64,000 bases of DNA from Marinoscillum sp. Its GTDB lineage: Bacteria; Bacteroidota; Bacteroidia; Cytophagales; Cyclobacteriaceae. The DNA is taken from the NCBI GenBank assembly GCA_024305105.1, contig JAMWZA010000004.1:7876-71875 (forward strand), written 5' to 3'. The stretch's first letter is position 1; every line of letters begins with the position of its first letter. Shown here piece after piece: positions 24,442 through 35,300 of the stretch. The position numbers were made by a program, and so were the translations under genes. The notes below the pieces were generated by a model that did no database searches, was not told the DNA's origin, and saw nothing but the letters and a program-made list of their open reading frames with translations.

Positions 24442-24610
24442 TGTCTCAATTGTTGGTTATTTATTTACAATAAATATTTGTTAACAAAGCCAGACTACAG
24501 TGATATGACATGCAATATTTAAAAAGTGATTTTGAGGACTTTTTTATCATTATCTATCAGTGTGATCCGACTAACTTTTATAACTCTTAAAAAAGTAGGT
24601 TTAAACGATA

Positions 24611-24751
24611 TGAGAAAAGATTTTTCACCGAACATGAAAACTACCGCAGCGGCGGACCGTCCCTGCCCTAAAGGGTGACTACCAAACAGTCCCTTCAGGG
24701 AATCAAAGGGTGATTTTTCAAGGGATTGTGCTTTTGAAAAATCTTTTCTCG
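24611..24751. mobile_element. 141-bp element with 16-bp perfect inverted repeats (MITE-like or structured RNA)
   Basis: gagaaaagatttttca (24612-24627) and tgaaaaatcttttctc (24735-24750). gata lies at 24607-24610 and 24752-24755. The interior is GC-richer, with aaagggtga twice. Confidence 0.55.
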
Positions 24752-24829
24752 GATACCAGTAATTATCTATTTTGGTTTTGTTACATTTTTAATCGTGAAT
24801 TTATTGACTCTATATGCAATTGGTGGGTG

Positions 24830-26650
24830 TTATTGCTTTTGAAGCCGAACTGAAAATGTCTGACCAGAAATAGTTTCCAAAATCAAGAGATAGGTTCCTG
24901 CTGAGAGGAACGAAATATCTAAACTCGATGAGTCAAGTAACTTCTTGTATACTTCTTTACCGGTATTATCAAGGATCCACGCTTTATGGATGGTAACACC
25001 TTCAATGGCAAGTATCCCTTTTACTGGATTCGGGTAGACTAATGGTTCTTCATTCGGTCTCGTAGTGTCAAGGGAAATAAGCGCTTCCTCAAAAACCCTT
25101 TGGTATAACTGATTTTTTAATTGATTTCTTATCAATCCATATTTTGGGTCATTTGCAAGGTTGGTCCATTCATTTGGATCTTTTTGATGATCATATAATT
25201 CTTCTAGACCATTTGCATAATGTGTATATCGAAAATGGTTATTCCTCAGGGACCAATGCTGTTTCTTTAGTTCATTATTACTTTCGGCACCAGCAAAGGC
25301 CATGGTTAATGCGGCATTAGGACCTTGGAATTTTTTTGACTTTACATCGTACAGAAAAGGCCTTAGAGAATACCCATCCAAAGGAGCCCCAAGATCGTTT
25401 CGACGCGTGTCGCCTTCTATACCGCAAAGGTCTGTTAGTGTTGGATATAAGTCTATAAGAGATACAGCCTCATTGCATACCTTTCCATTTTCAGGGCCAT
25501 TTGGTAACCGGATCATTAATGGCACACGTGTACTCTCTTCCCATAGAGAATTTTTAAACAAATAGTCCTTCTCCCCCATGTTCCATCCATGGTCACTAGT
25601 AATTATTACAATGGTGTTGTCCGCTAGGCCTGCAGCATCTAGTCCTGCCAATACCTCCCCGATAGCATCATCTACCGCCGCAACACTTGCCAGGTATCCC
25701 TGAGTAAAAGCACGGATACCTGATTCTTGAATGGTATAGGATTCTCCAATTAACCTAAAATACCGAAACCCTTTTTGATTGCGATCATACACCGTTTTTA
25801 GATGTGTGTCTTCATTATCTTCCTCTTTCAGAACTGGGGTTTGGACCGAATCAATAGGAAACAAATCAAAATACCTCTGAGGTACATGCAACGGAGTATG
25901 CGGTCGAATAAACCCCACAGCTAAAAAGAAGGGTGAATCAGGACTCTTGGCAAGAGTGTTCAATTGATCGCGAACCCAGAGGGCATTTCGCTCATCTGGT
26001 GTGGGATCACGATTATCCTCATCTACATACCGAAATGACTTCACTTCACCCCATCCTCCATAAATCCATCCAGAGCTTTTGAGGGTATCATTAGCATAAG
26101 GAACGTCTGAGAGTGAAGCAAATGAACCATCTACCGCTCCAATTTCTCTAAAAGGCAATGGTACGGAAGGATGACCTACACGGTTTTTACCATCGTACAC
26201 AAAAGGACCATAATCAGCCTGGTATCCGTAAGTAGAATAAATGGATCGTTCATGATGGTGGAAAAGCTTTCCAGTCCCACGAACATCATAGCCATGGTCT
26301 CGAAAGTGCTCCATCATACTTTTAGAATTGCTAAGCGTTCGGTTTTTAAACCATTTGTTCCAAAACAAATTACCTGAAGTATGAGGGTAGATTCCAGTAA
26401 ATAAGCTAGCTCTTGACGGAGCACATACAGGATTATTGCTATGAGCATTATTAAATGAAACCGCGATTTTTCGAAATTGATCAAGATGAGGAGTTTTTAC
26501 CTGAGGGTGACCATCCATTCCTTGCACATAGTCATTTAAATCATCACAAATAATGAATAATACGTTTGGTCGACTCTTTGATCCATCTATTTGAGCATTG
26601 CACTGTAAAAAAACGAGCAGACAATAAAATCTTAATAAGCTTCTTAACAT
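24830..26650 (-). CDS. S1 sulfatase (iduronate-2-sulfatase-like) with T9SS C-terminal sorting domain
   Basis: ICDDLND, CAPSRASLFTG, GKLFHH, RPHTP, TSDHGW; C-terminal VYPNPVKG...GTYLLIL...VRLQKQ. Confidence 0.92.
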   Translation of the reverse strand: MLRSLLRFYCLLVFLQCNAQIDGSKSRPNVLFIICDDLNDYVQGMDGHPQVKTPHLDQFRKIAVSFNNAHSNNPVCAPSRASLFTGIYPHTSGNLFWNKWFKNRTLSNSKSMMEHFRDHGYDVRGTGKLFHHHERSIYSTYGYQADYGPFVYDGKNRVGHPSVPLPFREIGAVDGSFASLSDVPYANDTLKSSGWIYGGWGEVKSFRYVDEDNRDPTPDERNALWVRDQLNTLAKSPDSPFFLAVGFIRPHTPLHVPQRYFDLFPIDSVQTPVLKEEDNEDTHLKTVYDRNQKGFRYFRLIGESYTIQESGIRAFTQGYLASVAAVDDAIGEVLAGLDAAGLADNTIVIITSDHGWNMGEKDYLFKNSLWEESTRVPLMIRLPNGPENGKVCNEAVSLIDLYPTLTDLCGIEGDTRRNDLGAPLDGYSLRPFLYDVKSKKFQGPNAALTMAFAGAESNNELKKQHWSLRNNHFRYTHYANGLEELYDHQKDPNEWTNLANDPKYGLIRNQLKNQLYQRVFEEALISLDTTRPNEEPLVYPNPVKGILAIEGVTIHKAWILDNTGKEVYKKLLDSSSLDISFLSAGTYLLILETISGQTFSVRLQKQ

Positions 26651-26861
26651 TTATATTGTATTCTTTAGACACATCGAAAGTAGCAAGGCCCTACAACTAA
26701 GAAGGGGCTAGATTCCTCTTTGAGATGGTTAAATTGGTCAATTGAAGTTTCAATAATCACTTAGAATGAGGCAAGCGATAATTAGTAGTTTAAGATTCTG
26801 ATTACATAGTGAAAGAGGTATCTCTATATCAAACTGAGAAGGGTTCAACAACTAAGAGCTT

Positions 26862-28025
26862 CTATGGGTTACAGTAACTTGCAATGGCTAAATCAAGCTT
26901 TGATCTAAATTTTACTATGCGGTTGAAAATGATATAATTGCTATTGTGCTGATTATCAGCACCCTCATACTCATCATCAAAGGCAGTGCGTATCACTGCC
27001 ACAATATCATGCTCATCAAACTGCCAATCGGCATATTGAAAACCATGCTTATGTACATCTGGATGATACAGTATCTCCTCGTGTACTGTCCAGTTTAAAA
27101 GATCTGGTGAGGAACTTAATGCCAGACAATTTCTTGTGCGCTCGGGGTTGTGTCCAAAATCCCTAATGTGATTCGAGAGTGTCCAATACCTCTTGCTCCT
27201 TGGGTCATAGCGAACAGTGAATTTCTTTGCTCCTCCTGGAAAATTGATAATGTCACTTTTTTCATCGAACGAAATGATGTTTTTTTCTATATCATAACGG
27301 ACCAAAGCGGCTTTTCCGCCATGTTCGAGATAGTGCAATCGTAACATATTGACAAGTTGGCTATCGGGAGTGACCACTATATTACCTTCTAACCAGGCGG
27401 AGCCCAACCAGCGTTGATCAAAATGCAGACGATTGGAAGTTTGCCAGCTATCAGCACTCAACAAATCTGAATCAACTGCAGCGGAGACAATTAATGTCTC
27501 GAAATTGGTACCCCAACCATATCCCGGATTCCTAACCTCTACTGCTCTATACAATCTTCCCTGATGCCTTACTACAGGTACAGGAGCGGAATGATACTCA
27601 AAATCATTTCTCAATAATCCAGATTGGGAATCTGCCGGTTCAGTCCAACTATATCCGTTATCAGTACTTTTTCGTATTATCAGGTCACCATACTTTTTGG
27701 ACACTCCCATTAAGTATATTTCATAATTGTGTACAAACAATCCTGACCAGCAATTGCCTTCTAAAACTGAAATTTCAGTCCAGGTTTGTCCTTTGTCAAG
27801 AGAGTGATAAATTAGGGTTTTCGGCTTTGAATTCATCTGGCTGTTTGGCCCGAACTCTGTATGAGTGCTTAAATACGTGCCATCACCGAGAATCACTACA
27901 GAAGGACCTCCAAGATATACTCCGGTATGTGCAGGCGAGTGATTAATTACAACGCCTGGTACTTTTGGCTGAGTGGACCCCTCTACAGATAAAATTATGA
28001 GTAGTACTGTTAATAGCCGTTTCAT
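26862..28025 (-). CDS. BNR/Asp-box beta-propeller protein (sialidase-fold, activity unknown)
   Basis: Asp boxes SLDKGQTW and STDNGYSW; signal peptide; no F/YRIP motif. Confidence 0.75.
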   Translation of the reverse strand: MKRLLTVLLIILSVEGSTQPKVPGVVINHSPAHTGVYLGGPSVVILGDGTYLSTHTEFGPNSQMNSKPKTLIYHSLDKGQTWTEISVLEGNCWSGLFVHNYEIYLMGVSKKYGDLIIRKSTDNGYSWTEPADSQSGLLRNDFEYHSAPVPVVRHQGRLYRAVEVRNPGYGWGTNFETLIVSAAVDSDLLSADSWQTSNRLHFDQRWLGSAWLEGNIVVTPDSQLVNMLRLHYLEHGGKAALVRYDIEKNIISFDEKSDIINFPGGAKKFTVRYDPRSKRYWTLSNHIRDFGHNPERTRNCLALSSSPDLLNWTVHEEILYHPDVHKHGFQYADWQFDEHDIVAVIRTAFDDEYEGADNQHNSNYIIFNRIVKFRSKLDLAIASYCNP

Positions 28026-28031
28026 TCATTT

Positions 28032-29354
28032 CTATTTTTTAGTTCTTCTTGATTCTATAAGGGTTGTCCATTGCTGCAAATACTGGTGCAATTCTTGAGC
28101 TTTTTTAGGGTGATCTTCTAAGAGATCTTTTTCTTCGTATGGGTCTGACACGAGGTTATATAACTGTGCTGGCCGATCAGACACATTTTTTGGAATATCT
28201 TTGGTCACATATGGACGCACATACTTCCATGCACCTAAGCGAACGGCGGCATTATGACTGTATTCTGGTATGTACCGATTCCACTGCCAATACAAGGGTC
28301 TTTGGGGTATTGCTTTATCCCTTGTTAAAGTTTTGAAAAAACTTGTACCATCTAACGGGGTTTCCAATTCATATTCCAGCGCACAAAGTTCCATTAGCGA
28401 AGGTAAAACGTCAATGAAGGTGATAGGGTAACTTTTAGAACCAGACCCCAACTTATTCCACTGTAAAACGAATGGAACTTTAATCCCCCCTTCGTTTACA
28501 GTATACTTTGTTCCATTTAATCCTAAGTTGGGACGTTTGGCAACCATTGGATCCGGGCCATTATCACTGGCGAAAATGATCATAGTATTTTCCCGAATAC
28601 CTAGGCGGTCCAATTCGGTGAGTAAAGCACCGATCCCTTCGTCCATGATCTCTATCATTGCATAGACGGTTGCTGTTTCTTTTGCTAATCCTTTATCAAG
28701 ATAGGGCTTAATTCTGTCTTCTGGAGCCCCAAGTGGACGATGAGGAGCATAATGAGCGAGATGTAAAAAAAAAGGCTTATCATGATGTCTATTGACAAAG
28801 TCGATTGCTCGTTTACTTAATTCCTCGGTCAAATATTCATTTGAAAAGTGAATATCCTGACCATTAATATTGAGATCAAAATTATGGTAGTCAGGAACAT
28901 ATTGGTAATTAAGAAACCCTTCAAACTCGTCAAATCCCCGGTCATTCGGTAAGTACCCATTTCCGAGACCAGAATGCCACTTGCCTATTAAGCCGGTTTT
29001 GTACCCATTACTTTTGAAAATATCCGCCATGGTAGGAAGCTCTTTTTTAATACGAGTTAGCTCAGGATACTTTAACATGCTTAGAGTCACCACGCCAGTA
29101 CTGTGTGGGTATAATCCAGTTAGCAATGAAGCTCTGGCTGGGGCGCATACAGGAGAAGCTGAATAGGCGTTTTCAAACCAGATGCCCTGCTCTATTAAAC
29201 CGTCAATATTAGGTGTTTTGCTTAAACCGCCGTTTAATGCAGAGATATCTCCTAGAGCCATATCATCAGCTATAATTAGGATTACATTCGGAGATGTTTG
29301 AGCTAAAGAAGATTGATAAATAATAAAGTAAAGGAGAACAATAAGTATCCGCAT
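28032..29354 (-). CDS. S1 sulfatase
   Basis: ADDMALGD, CAPARASLLTG, GKWHSG, YAPHRP, ASDNG. Confidence 0.92.
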   Translation of the reverse strand: MRILIVLLYFIIYQSSLAQTSPNVILIIADDMALGDISALNGGLSKTPNIDGLIEQGIWFENAYSASPVCAPARASLLTGLYPHSTGVVTLSMLKYPELTRIKKELPTMADIFKSNGYKTGLIGKWHSGLGNGYLPNDRGFDEFEGFLNYQYVPDYHNFDLNINGQDIHFSNEYLTEELSKRAIDFVNRHHDKPFFLHLAHYAPHRPLGAPEDRIKPYLDKGLAKETATVYAMIEIMDEGIGALLTELDRLGIRENTMIIFASDNGPDPMVAKRPNLGLNGTKYTVNEGGIKVPFVLQWNKLGSGSKSYPITFIDVLPSLMELCALEYELETPLDGTSFFKTLTRDKAIPQRPLYWQWNRYIPEYSHNAAVRLGAWKYVRPYVTKDIPKNVSDRPAQLYNLVSDPYEEKDLLEDHPKKAQELHQYLQQWTTLIESRRTKK

Positions 29355-29371
29355 GAACGTGTCGAATAAGG

Positions 29372-29419
29372 TTAGGAAAAGCCACTACCCAGAAGTTCTG
29401 GAATATGGCTTTTTCCTAA
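29372..29419 (-). terminator. Hairpin inside the PUL, between the GH128 lipoprotein and the sulfatase
   Basis: Outer stem ttaggaaaagcca / tggctttttcctaa (one bulge) with inner stem ccagaa/ttctgg. Confidence 0.6.
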
Positions 29420-29437
29420 GAAATAAATGATAATGTA

Positions 29438-30814
29438 TTAATTATTATATATAACTATTTTATCAAGGTATGGAGACTGCTCACCTTCAACAGGACTGAA
29501 TACGATCTCATTATCTCCTGCCTCCAAATTAATTTCAATTGAAATGGTAGCACTCTGTGTTTCAAAACAAAAGCCTGGCGCATCAAAACCAGTTTCCACG
29601 ATTGGCGTGCTACCGTTAATACTTATTTCTAGCTGGGTTTCTACCTTAGCAAAATAGGTTATCTCCAGATCATACGTTCCTGCTGTTTCTACGTTAACCG
29701 GTGAAAACTTCAACTCATTGTCGCCCTGACCTTCTTCAGTTCCACGCATGAAAATAAGTCCCGAACCTGACTTGTTAGCACAACCGCCAGCTACAGCATC
29801 GCCTCCTGCATTGGTCAAATCTCCATCTTCTGCTTCACTGGAATAAACAGGATCTCCTTTGTTTTCATGATCTCCGTCTCCGTCATCTCCATCTCCGTCA
29901 CCATTATCAGAATCGATACCTGAGTACCACGAGTCATCTCCCGGGCCTGCATTTACGTTAGGTGTATGATTTGCATAGAATTGACCAAGTTCGGTCAACT
30001 CATCGTTATCATCGAATAATACAGAATTTCCAAGAACACGCCCATTAGGACTACCGTTATACCAGGCATATCGGTGCACATAGGGTAATTTATCTAGTGC
30101 AGGTAGGACTTCTTTCATAAAGGCTAGGACTTCTTCCTTGGAGTAGCGATTGTCTTCAAGAGAAGCGGCACCCCAGTCAGCAACTGCAAATTCTGTTATC
30201 CAAATCGGTCGGTTGTATAGACTATATACTTTTTTTACCATATTCAAAAAAGCCATAGGATTCGAACCTCCATACCAGTGAATGGCTACATAATCTACCC
30301 TCAAACCTTTTTCTTCTACCTGACGCATAAAATTCGTCATCCATTCATTATCAGGATTAACTGGGGCAGGACTGATTAATGGCAATCCAGTTTGTTCTAA
30401 TCTAGGCCATAACTCCACTACCTCTTCCACAGAAATGTTTGATTGGTCATCCTTATCTGGTTCGTTGAAGCCGAGCAAATAGTTTATATCACCAGATAAC
30501 GCCAAGCTATCTATATATGCGATATTCTCATCATTTGGAGCCCACTTACCCCAGAACATGGGTACATATTCTACACCTGTTGGTCTTGTCGGTTGGAGTC
30601 TGAATCCCCAAGAATAATGCCAATGAGCGTTCAACCGACTTATTCGTGTAGACCAGGTCTCATTATTGTAAGTGAAAGCCACTCCCTTTTTATTAGTAGC
30701 GGAATCCATAACTAGTGGTGTTGCCTTATCTGTATCTAGAAATGATTTGAAAGATTCTTTCTCACAGCTAAAACCTACCACTGCTATTACTAGTAGTATC
30801 AGAATTCGTTTCAT
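29438..30814 (-). CDS. Surface lipoprotein GH128-like glycoside hydrolase with C-terminal CBM6/35-like module
   Basis: Lipobox GFSC; HWHYSW, LLGFNEPD (E118), DYVAIHWY, PIWITEF (E208), HRYAWY; a D/G-rich linker, then an EAEDG module at aa 322-458. Confidence 0.87.
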   Translation of the reverse strand: MKRILILLVIAVVGFSCEKESFKSFLDTDKATPLVMDSATNKKGVAFTYNNETWSTRISRLNAHWHYSWGFRLQPTRPTGVEYVPMFWGKWAPNDENIAYIDSLALSGDINYLLGFNEPDKDDQSNISVEEVVELWPRLEQTGLPLISPAPVNPDNEWMTNFMRQVEEKGLRVDYVAIHWYGGSNPMAFLNMVKKVYSLYNRPIWITEFAVADWGAASLEDNRYSKEEVLAFMKEVLPALDKLPYVHRYAWYNGSPNGRVLGNSVLFDDNDELTELGQFYANHTPNVNAGPGDDSWYSGIDSDNGDGDGDDGDGDHENKGDPVYSSEAEDGDLTNAGGDAVAGGCANKSGSGLIFMRGTEEGQGDNELKFSPVNVETAGTYDLEITYFAKVETQLEISINGSTPIVETGFDAPGFCFETQSATISIEINLEAGDNEIVFSPVEGEQSPYLDKIVIYNN

Positions 30815-30843
30815 AATATTGTAAGTTTTTAATTATTAAATAA

Positions 30844-32391
30844 TTACTCCCAAGCAGGATTTTGGATTAGGTTTTCGTTTACATCCAGTTCGCTTTGAGG
30901 GATGGGAAAAGTCTCAGATCTAACACCTAAATAAACCGGGTCGTATGGGCCAACGGGATCAGCTGATGCTCGATTGATTCCTTCTTCTATTTCACCCCAT
31001 CGCTTCAGATCCATAAATCTCAATCCTTCTAAAGCAAGCTCGACCCGACGTTCATGTCTGACAACATCCCTCATCTCATCCTGAGTTAAACTAGTTCCTT
31101 CCACATCTTCTACAGTGGGCATACTTACTCTTTCGCGAATCTGATTGATCAGTTCACGTGCTCCCGTCAAATTACCCGTTTCTACTAAAGCTTCGGCTCT
31201 CGTGAGTAAAACTTCTGCGTATCGTATTAAATAGAAGTCCTGAGAACCTTGACCACCTGGAGGATTACCCTCTTCATCTGGTCCTTGTCTTATGTATTTG
31301 CGATGACCAAATCCTGTAGCTCCATTGCCATTGTATACTTTATCAGGGTTTACCAAGAAAAGATCACCTGGGAAATAAATAGTCGCATTCGCACGGGGAT
31401 CTCTATTAAGACCTGGATTGTTAGGATCATATCTAGGGGACTCATCTATTGGAAGTCCATCAGTACAATAGAAGTCATTTACAAGATTAGGCATGGGCCT
31501 GCTGTCCACTTTAGGTGTCCCCAGGTAAGTGGCAGAAAACGTTTCTCCATTGTCCGAATCAGCACCTCGTAAGAAACGTACGGAGAACACGATCTCTGGT
31601 GAGTACTCCCCCTCAATTGAGAACAGTTGTCCGTAGTTTGGGTGAAGTGAGTAACCAAGCCCTAATAATTCTTGTGTTAATTCCAGTACGCCATTAGGAC
31701 CTTCATAGACTTTATTATAAAGCTGTACCCGTGAGAGTAATGCCAGAGCTGCACCTTTAGTAGCGTATCCGTATAGCCCACTATCGTGTTGCTCAGGTAA
31801 GTGATCTATTGCAAATAATAGGTCTTCAATTATCTGATCATTAATTTCCTGATAAGAATTCTTCGGTACATAAGCTTCTTCTAGAGTTTGGTAGCTAGTG
31901 ATAAGCGGTACTTCCTCATAGTAGAGAGCCAGGTTAAAATAAAAGAGAGCACGAAGAAACATCGCCTGACCTATATAGTTATTTTTTGTCTCGGCATCTA
32001 TCAAGGATTCGTCCATTTCAGAGATTTCGTCTATAGCGATGTTCGCCTTGCTTATCCCCGAGTAGATGCCATTCCAGCGACCACCAAATAGGCCTGCTGT
32101 AGGGTCAAGAGTCCCCTCCATGAATTGGGCTCCGCCTTCCCACTCCCATTGATTGTAAGCATTATCACTTATTACATCAAAGTGAGGAAACCCGATGACA
32201 CCATTTAGATTGCCACCATAAAGACCATCTCCTTGTAGTTGTGAGTAGATGGCATTGAGCCCTAAGCGAGCATCAGCTTCGCTTTGCCAAAAATTGTTCT
32301 CTGCGATTGAGGTGAGAGACGAGCGTTCTAGAAACTCTTCGCCACATCCCAGAAATAAACTGCCAATAATGATGATAATAAATTTCTTCAT
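30844..32391 (-). CDS. susD: SusD/RagB glycan-binding lipoprotein
   Basis: Lipobox FLGC, FLRALFYFNL, ATKGAALALLSRVQLY, IRYAEVLL..AEA, RHERRVELALEGLRFMDLKRWG; immediately downstream of susC. Confidence 0.95.
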   Translation of the reverse strand: MKKFIIIIIGSLFLGCGEEFLERSSLTSIAENNFWQSEADARLGLNAIYSQLQGDGLYGGNLNGVIGFPHFDVISDNAYNQWEWEGGAQFMEGTLDPTAGLFGGRWNGIYSGISKANIAIDEISEMDESLIDAETKNNYIGQAMFLRALFYFNLALYYEEVPLITSYQTLEEAYVPKNSYQEINDQIIEDLLFAIDHLPEQHDSGLYGYATKGAALALLSRVQLYNKVYEGPNGVLELTQELLGLGYSLHPNYGQLFSIEGEYSPEIVFSVRFLRGADSDNGETFSATYLGTPKVDSRPMPNLVNDFYCTDGLPIDESPRYDPNNPGLNRDPRANATIYFPGDLFLVNPDKVYNGNGATGFGHRKYIRQGPDEEGNPPGGQGSQDFYLIRYAEVLLTRAEALVETGNLTGARELINQIRERVSMPTVEDVEGTSLTQDEMRDVVRHERRVELALEGLRFMDLKRWGEIEEGINRASADPVGPYDPVYLGVRSETFPIPQSELDVNENLIQNPAWE

Positions 32392-32395
32392 GATC

Positions 32396-35300
32396 TTAAA
32401 ATTTCAGATTTGCACCAAATGTTACTGTTTTATAAAGGGGGGCGTTTCGGTTTCCATTACCACCACTTGCTCCTTCTGGATCGAAATCATCTACTGATGA
32501 AAATGTCAACAAATTTTGACCACCAACGAAAACTCTTAAACGATCTATTTTGATGCGCTCGGTTAGTTTTTTAGGAATGGTATAGCCAAATTCAATGTTT
32601 TTAAGTCTAAGGTAACTCGCATCACGTATGTAAAATGACGAGTTTAAAGCGTTATTTTGACCTCCAAGTCTTGGCAGATACTCACTAGGTTGTTCGGGTG
32701 TCCAGCGATTAACCCAATAGGATAAAACATTACTTCTATCATCTTCCATTGGGTATTGCCCATTACCAGTGATTAATCGATCAATATCATGTACTCCCTG
32801 GAACAAAATATCAATATCAAAACCACCAAATCGAACGTTTCCATTCAGGTTATACAACCATCCAGGGTATGGATTCCCAATAATTGTACGGTCATCGGCA
32901 TTTATCAAACCATCCGGCACACCATCTGGTCCTGATATATCTGCATACCTAATGTCACCAGGTCCGGTGTTGGCATTTCCAAACTGTGCTGGAGCTAAAA
33001 CCACTTCTTCCATTGTTTGGAAAATACCAACGGCTTGGTATCCATAATACGATCTCAGTGGATCGCCAATTCTAATGATGGTTGCTCCGCTGATGGTTTC
33101 TTCACCTCCATCTCCCAGTCCTGTTACTTCATTCGATAGGAACTTAGTAAAGTTACCTCCGATTGTATAACTAAGGCCACCAATATTATCGCGGTAGTTT
33201 ATGGCAAGTTCAATTCCCTTATTCACCATGGATGCGGCATTCTGAGCCGGAAGGTTCGTAGTACCAATAGTGCTGGGAATTGGGAAATTGTTGTATAGGA
33301 TATCGGAACTCTTACGTTCGTAATAGTCACCAGTAAGCTGAAGTTTGCTTTTGAAAAAACTGGCATCAAATCCTATATCAAATTGCTCTACCTCTTCCCA
33401 ACGTATATTGGGATTTGATAGGCCAGTCAAGGCAACTCCCCCTACATTTATATCATTGCCTAGTACGTAATCTAGGTTTGCATTGTAGGTTTGTTCATAA
33501 ATGTAATTCCCAATTCGGTCATTACCAGTTATCCCCCAGCTTCCACGAACTTTAAGGTTTGAAAGCCACGTAATATTTGCCATAAATGCTTCCTCCGAAA
33601 TACGCCATCCACCAGATGCCGAAGGAAAATAAGCATAGCGATTGCCAGGACCAAACTTCGACGATCCATCTCTTCTTAGATTAAATTCCAATAAGTATTT
33701 TCCATCATAATTGTAATTAATTCGGCCAAAATATGATTGGTAAGACTCTTCATTAGCACCACCAGAAACGGCTGGATCTAATACACCCCCGCCATTAAAT
33801 TCTTCAATATTATTAGTAGGAAACCCACTTAATGAACCAGAAAAGCCATCAGTTCGATCATATATGAACGATTGTCCAACTAAAACATCTATATTATTTT
33901 TTTCATTTATGGTTGTGCTGTATCGAAGAATGTTCTCATTGAGCAACCGATAACTGAAATTTGTACTATTGCCCAAGCTGTTAACCAAATCCTGATTGAC
34001 AATATTACCTTCCCAATCCCTAAGGACATATGTAGGGCTGAAATTAGACGATTGACCTGTTATAAAATTTAAACTCCCACTTGTCTCTAAAGTCAAGCCT
34101 TGTAAGATTTTTATTTTCAGGCCTAAGCGTTCGCTTATATTGATATTGTCATCTAAATTGTTTCCCAGAAAACCTCTACGAAGAGGATTAGTAGTTGGGA
34201 ACGAAAAATTATCACTTTCGTAAGCTCCATCAACAATTCCGTATTCACCATTACTGTAATAAACTGGAATAGTGGGAGACACTCGTTGAAAACTGTAAAT
34301 AATTCCATTATCTCCATCAAAAGCACCCCCTTGTGGACCGTTAACTCGTTTCCAAAAAGCATTAGTCACATTACTCAATGTTAGCCAATCTTTAACATCC
34401 GACTTTACATTCAAACTAAAGTTGTATCTACGTGATTTGAATTTACTTCGCACTATGGCTTCTTGTGTCAAATACCCTAATGACAACCTGTATGTAGTCT
34501 TTTCATTTCCTCCAGAAAACGATAAGCTATGGTTTTGAATAGGCGCATCCACTAGCAAGACTTTAGCCCAATCAGTATTGGAAAATTGATCAGGCATACT
34601 TCCGGTACGAATAGCTTCAATTTGATCGTCCGTATATCGGGGAGTAAAATTCGGTCCGTTTTGATTCTGGAATTTTTCATTCATCAAAGAAGCGTAGTTG
34701 TAAGCATCTAAGAACTCAGGAACGACCGTAGGACTCTGAGTACCAAAATAGTTATTATAGTTTACTTCAAACGTATTTTTCTTTCCCGTTTTAGTCGTCA
34801 CTACGATAACCCCATTGGCCCCTCTAGCTCCATAAATGGCACTGGCAGAAGCATCTTTTAAAACTGTAATTGATGCAATATCTGTTGGAGCAAGATTGTT
34901 AAATGGCCCTAAATTGTCATATTGTATATTATCAATCACCAAAAGTGGTGTGCTATTTCCAAAGGTCCCTACACCTCTAATCACAACCGATGAACCATCT
35001 TGACCTGGGGCACCAGACGTTTGTGTCAACTGAACTCCCGAGAACCTACCATATAGTAATTGACCACTATTGGTAACGGGTTGGTTTACAGCTTCTTTGA
35101 ATTCAATAGTTTCCACAGCTCCTGTAAGGTTTACCTTTTTTTGCTCACCGTAACCTACCACTACCACTTCGCTTAATTCTGCGATATCCACTTCCAGAGA
35201 AACATCAAGATATGATTTACCCGCAGTGTTCAATTCCAAGGGTTTATATCCAACATAGCTAATGCGTATTTTTGCACTAGGTTCGGAGAGGTTAAGGGAA

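Noticed and set aside
26862-28025. Calling the BNR proteins exo-alpha-sialidases
   Set aside because: Asp boxes indicate fold only. The RIP motif is absent and no nan catabolic genes are in the window.
29871-29902. Hexamer-like repeat tctccg/tctcca
   Set aside because: It encodes the GDGDGDDGDGD linker; ordinary low-complexity coding sequence.
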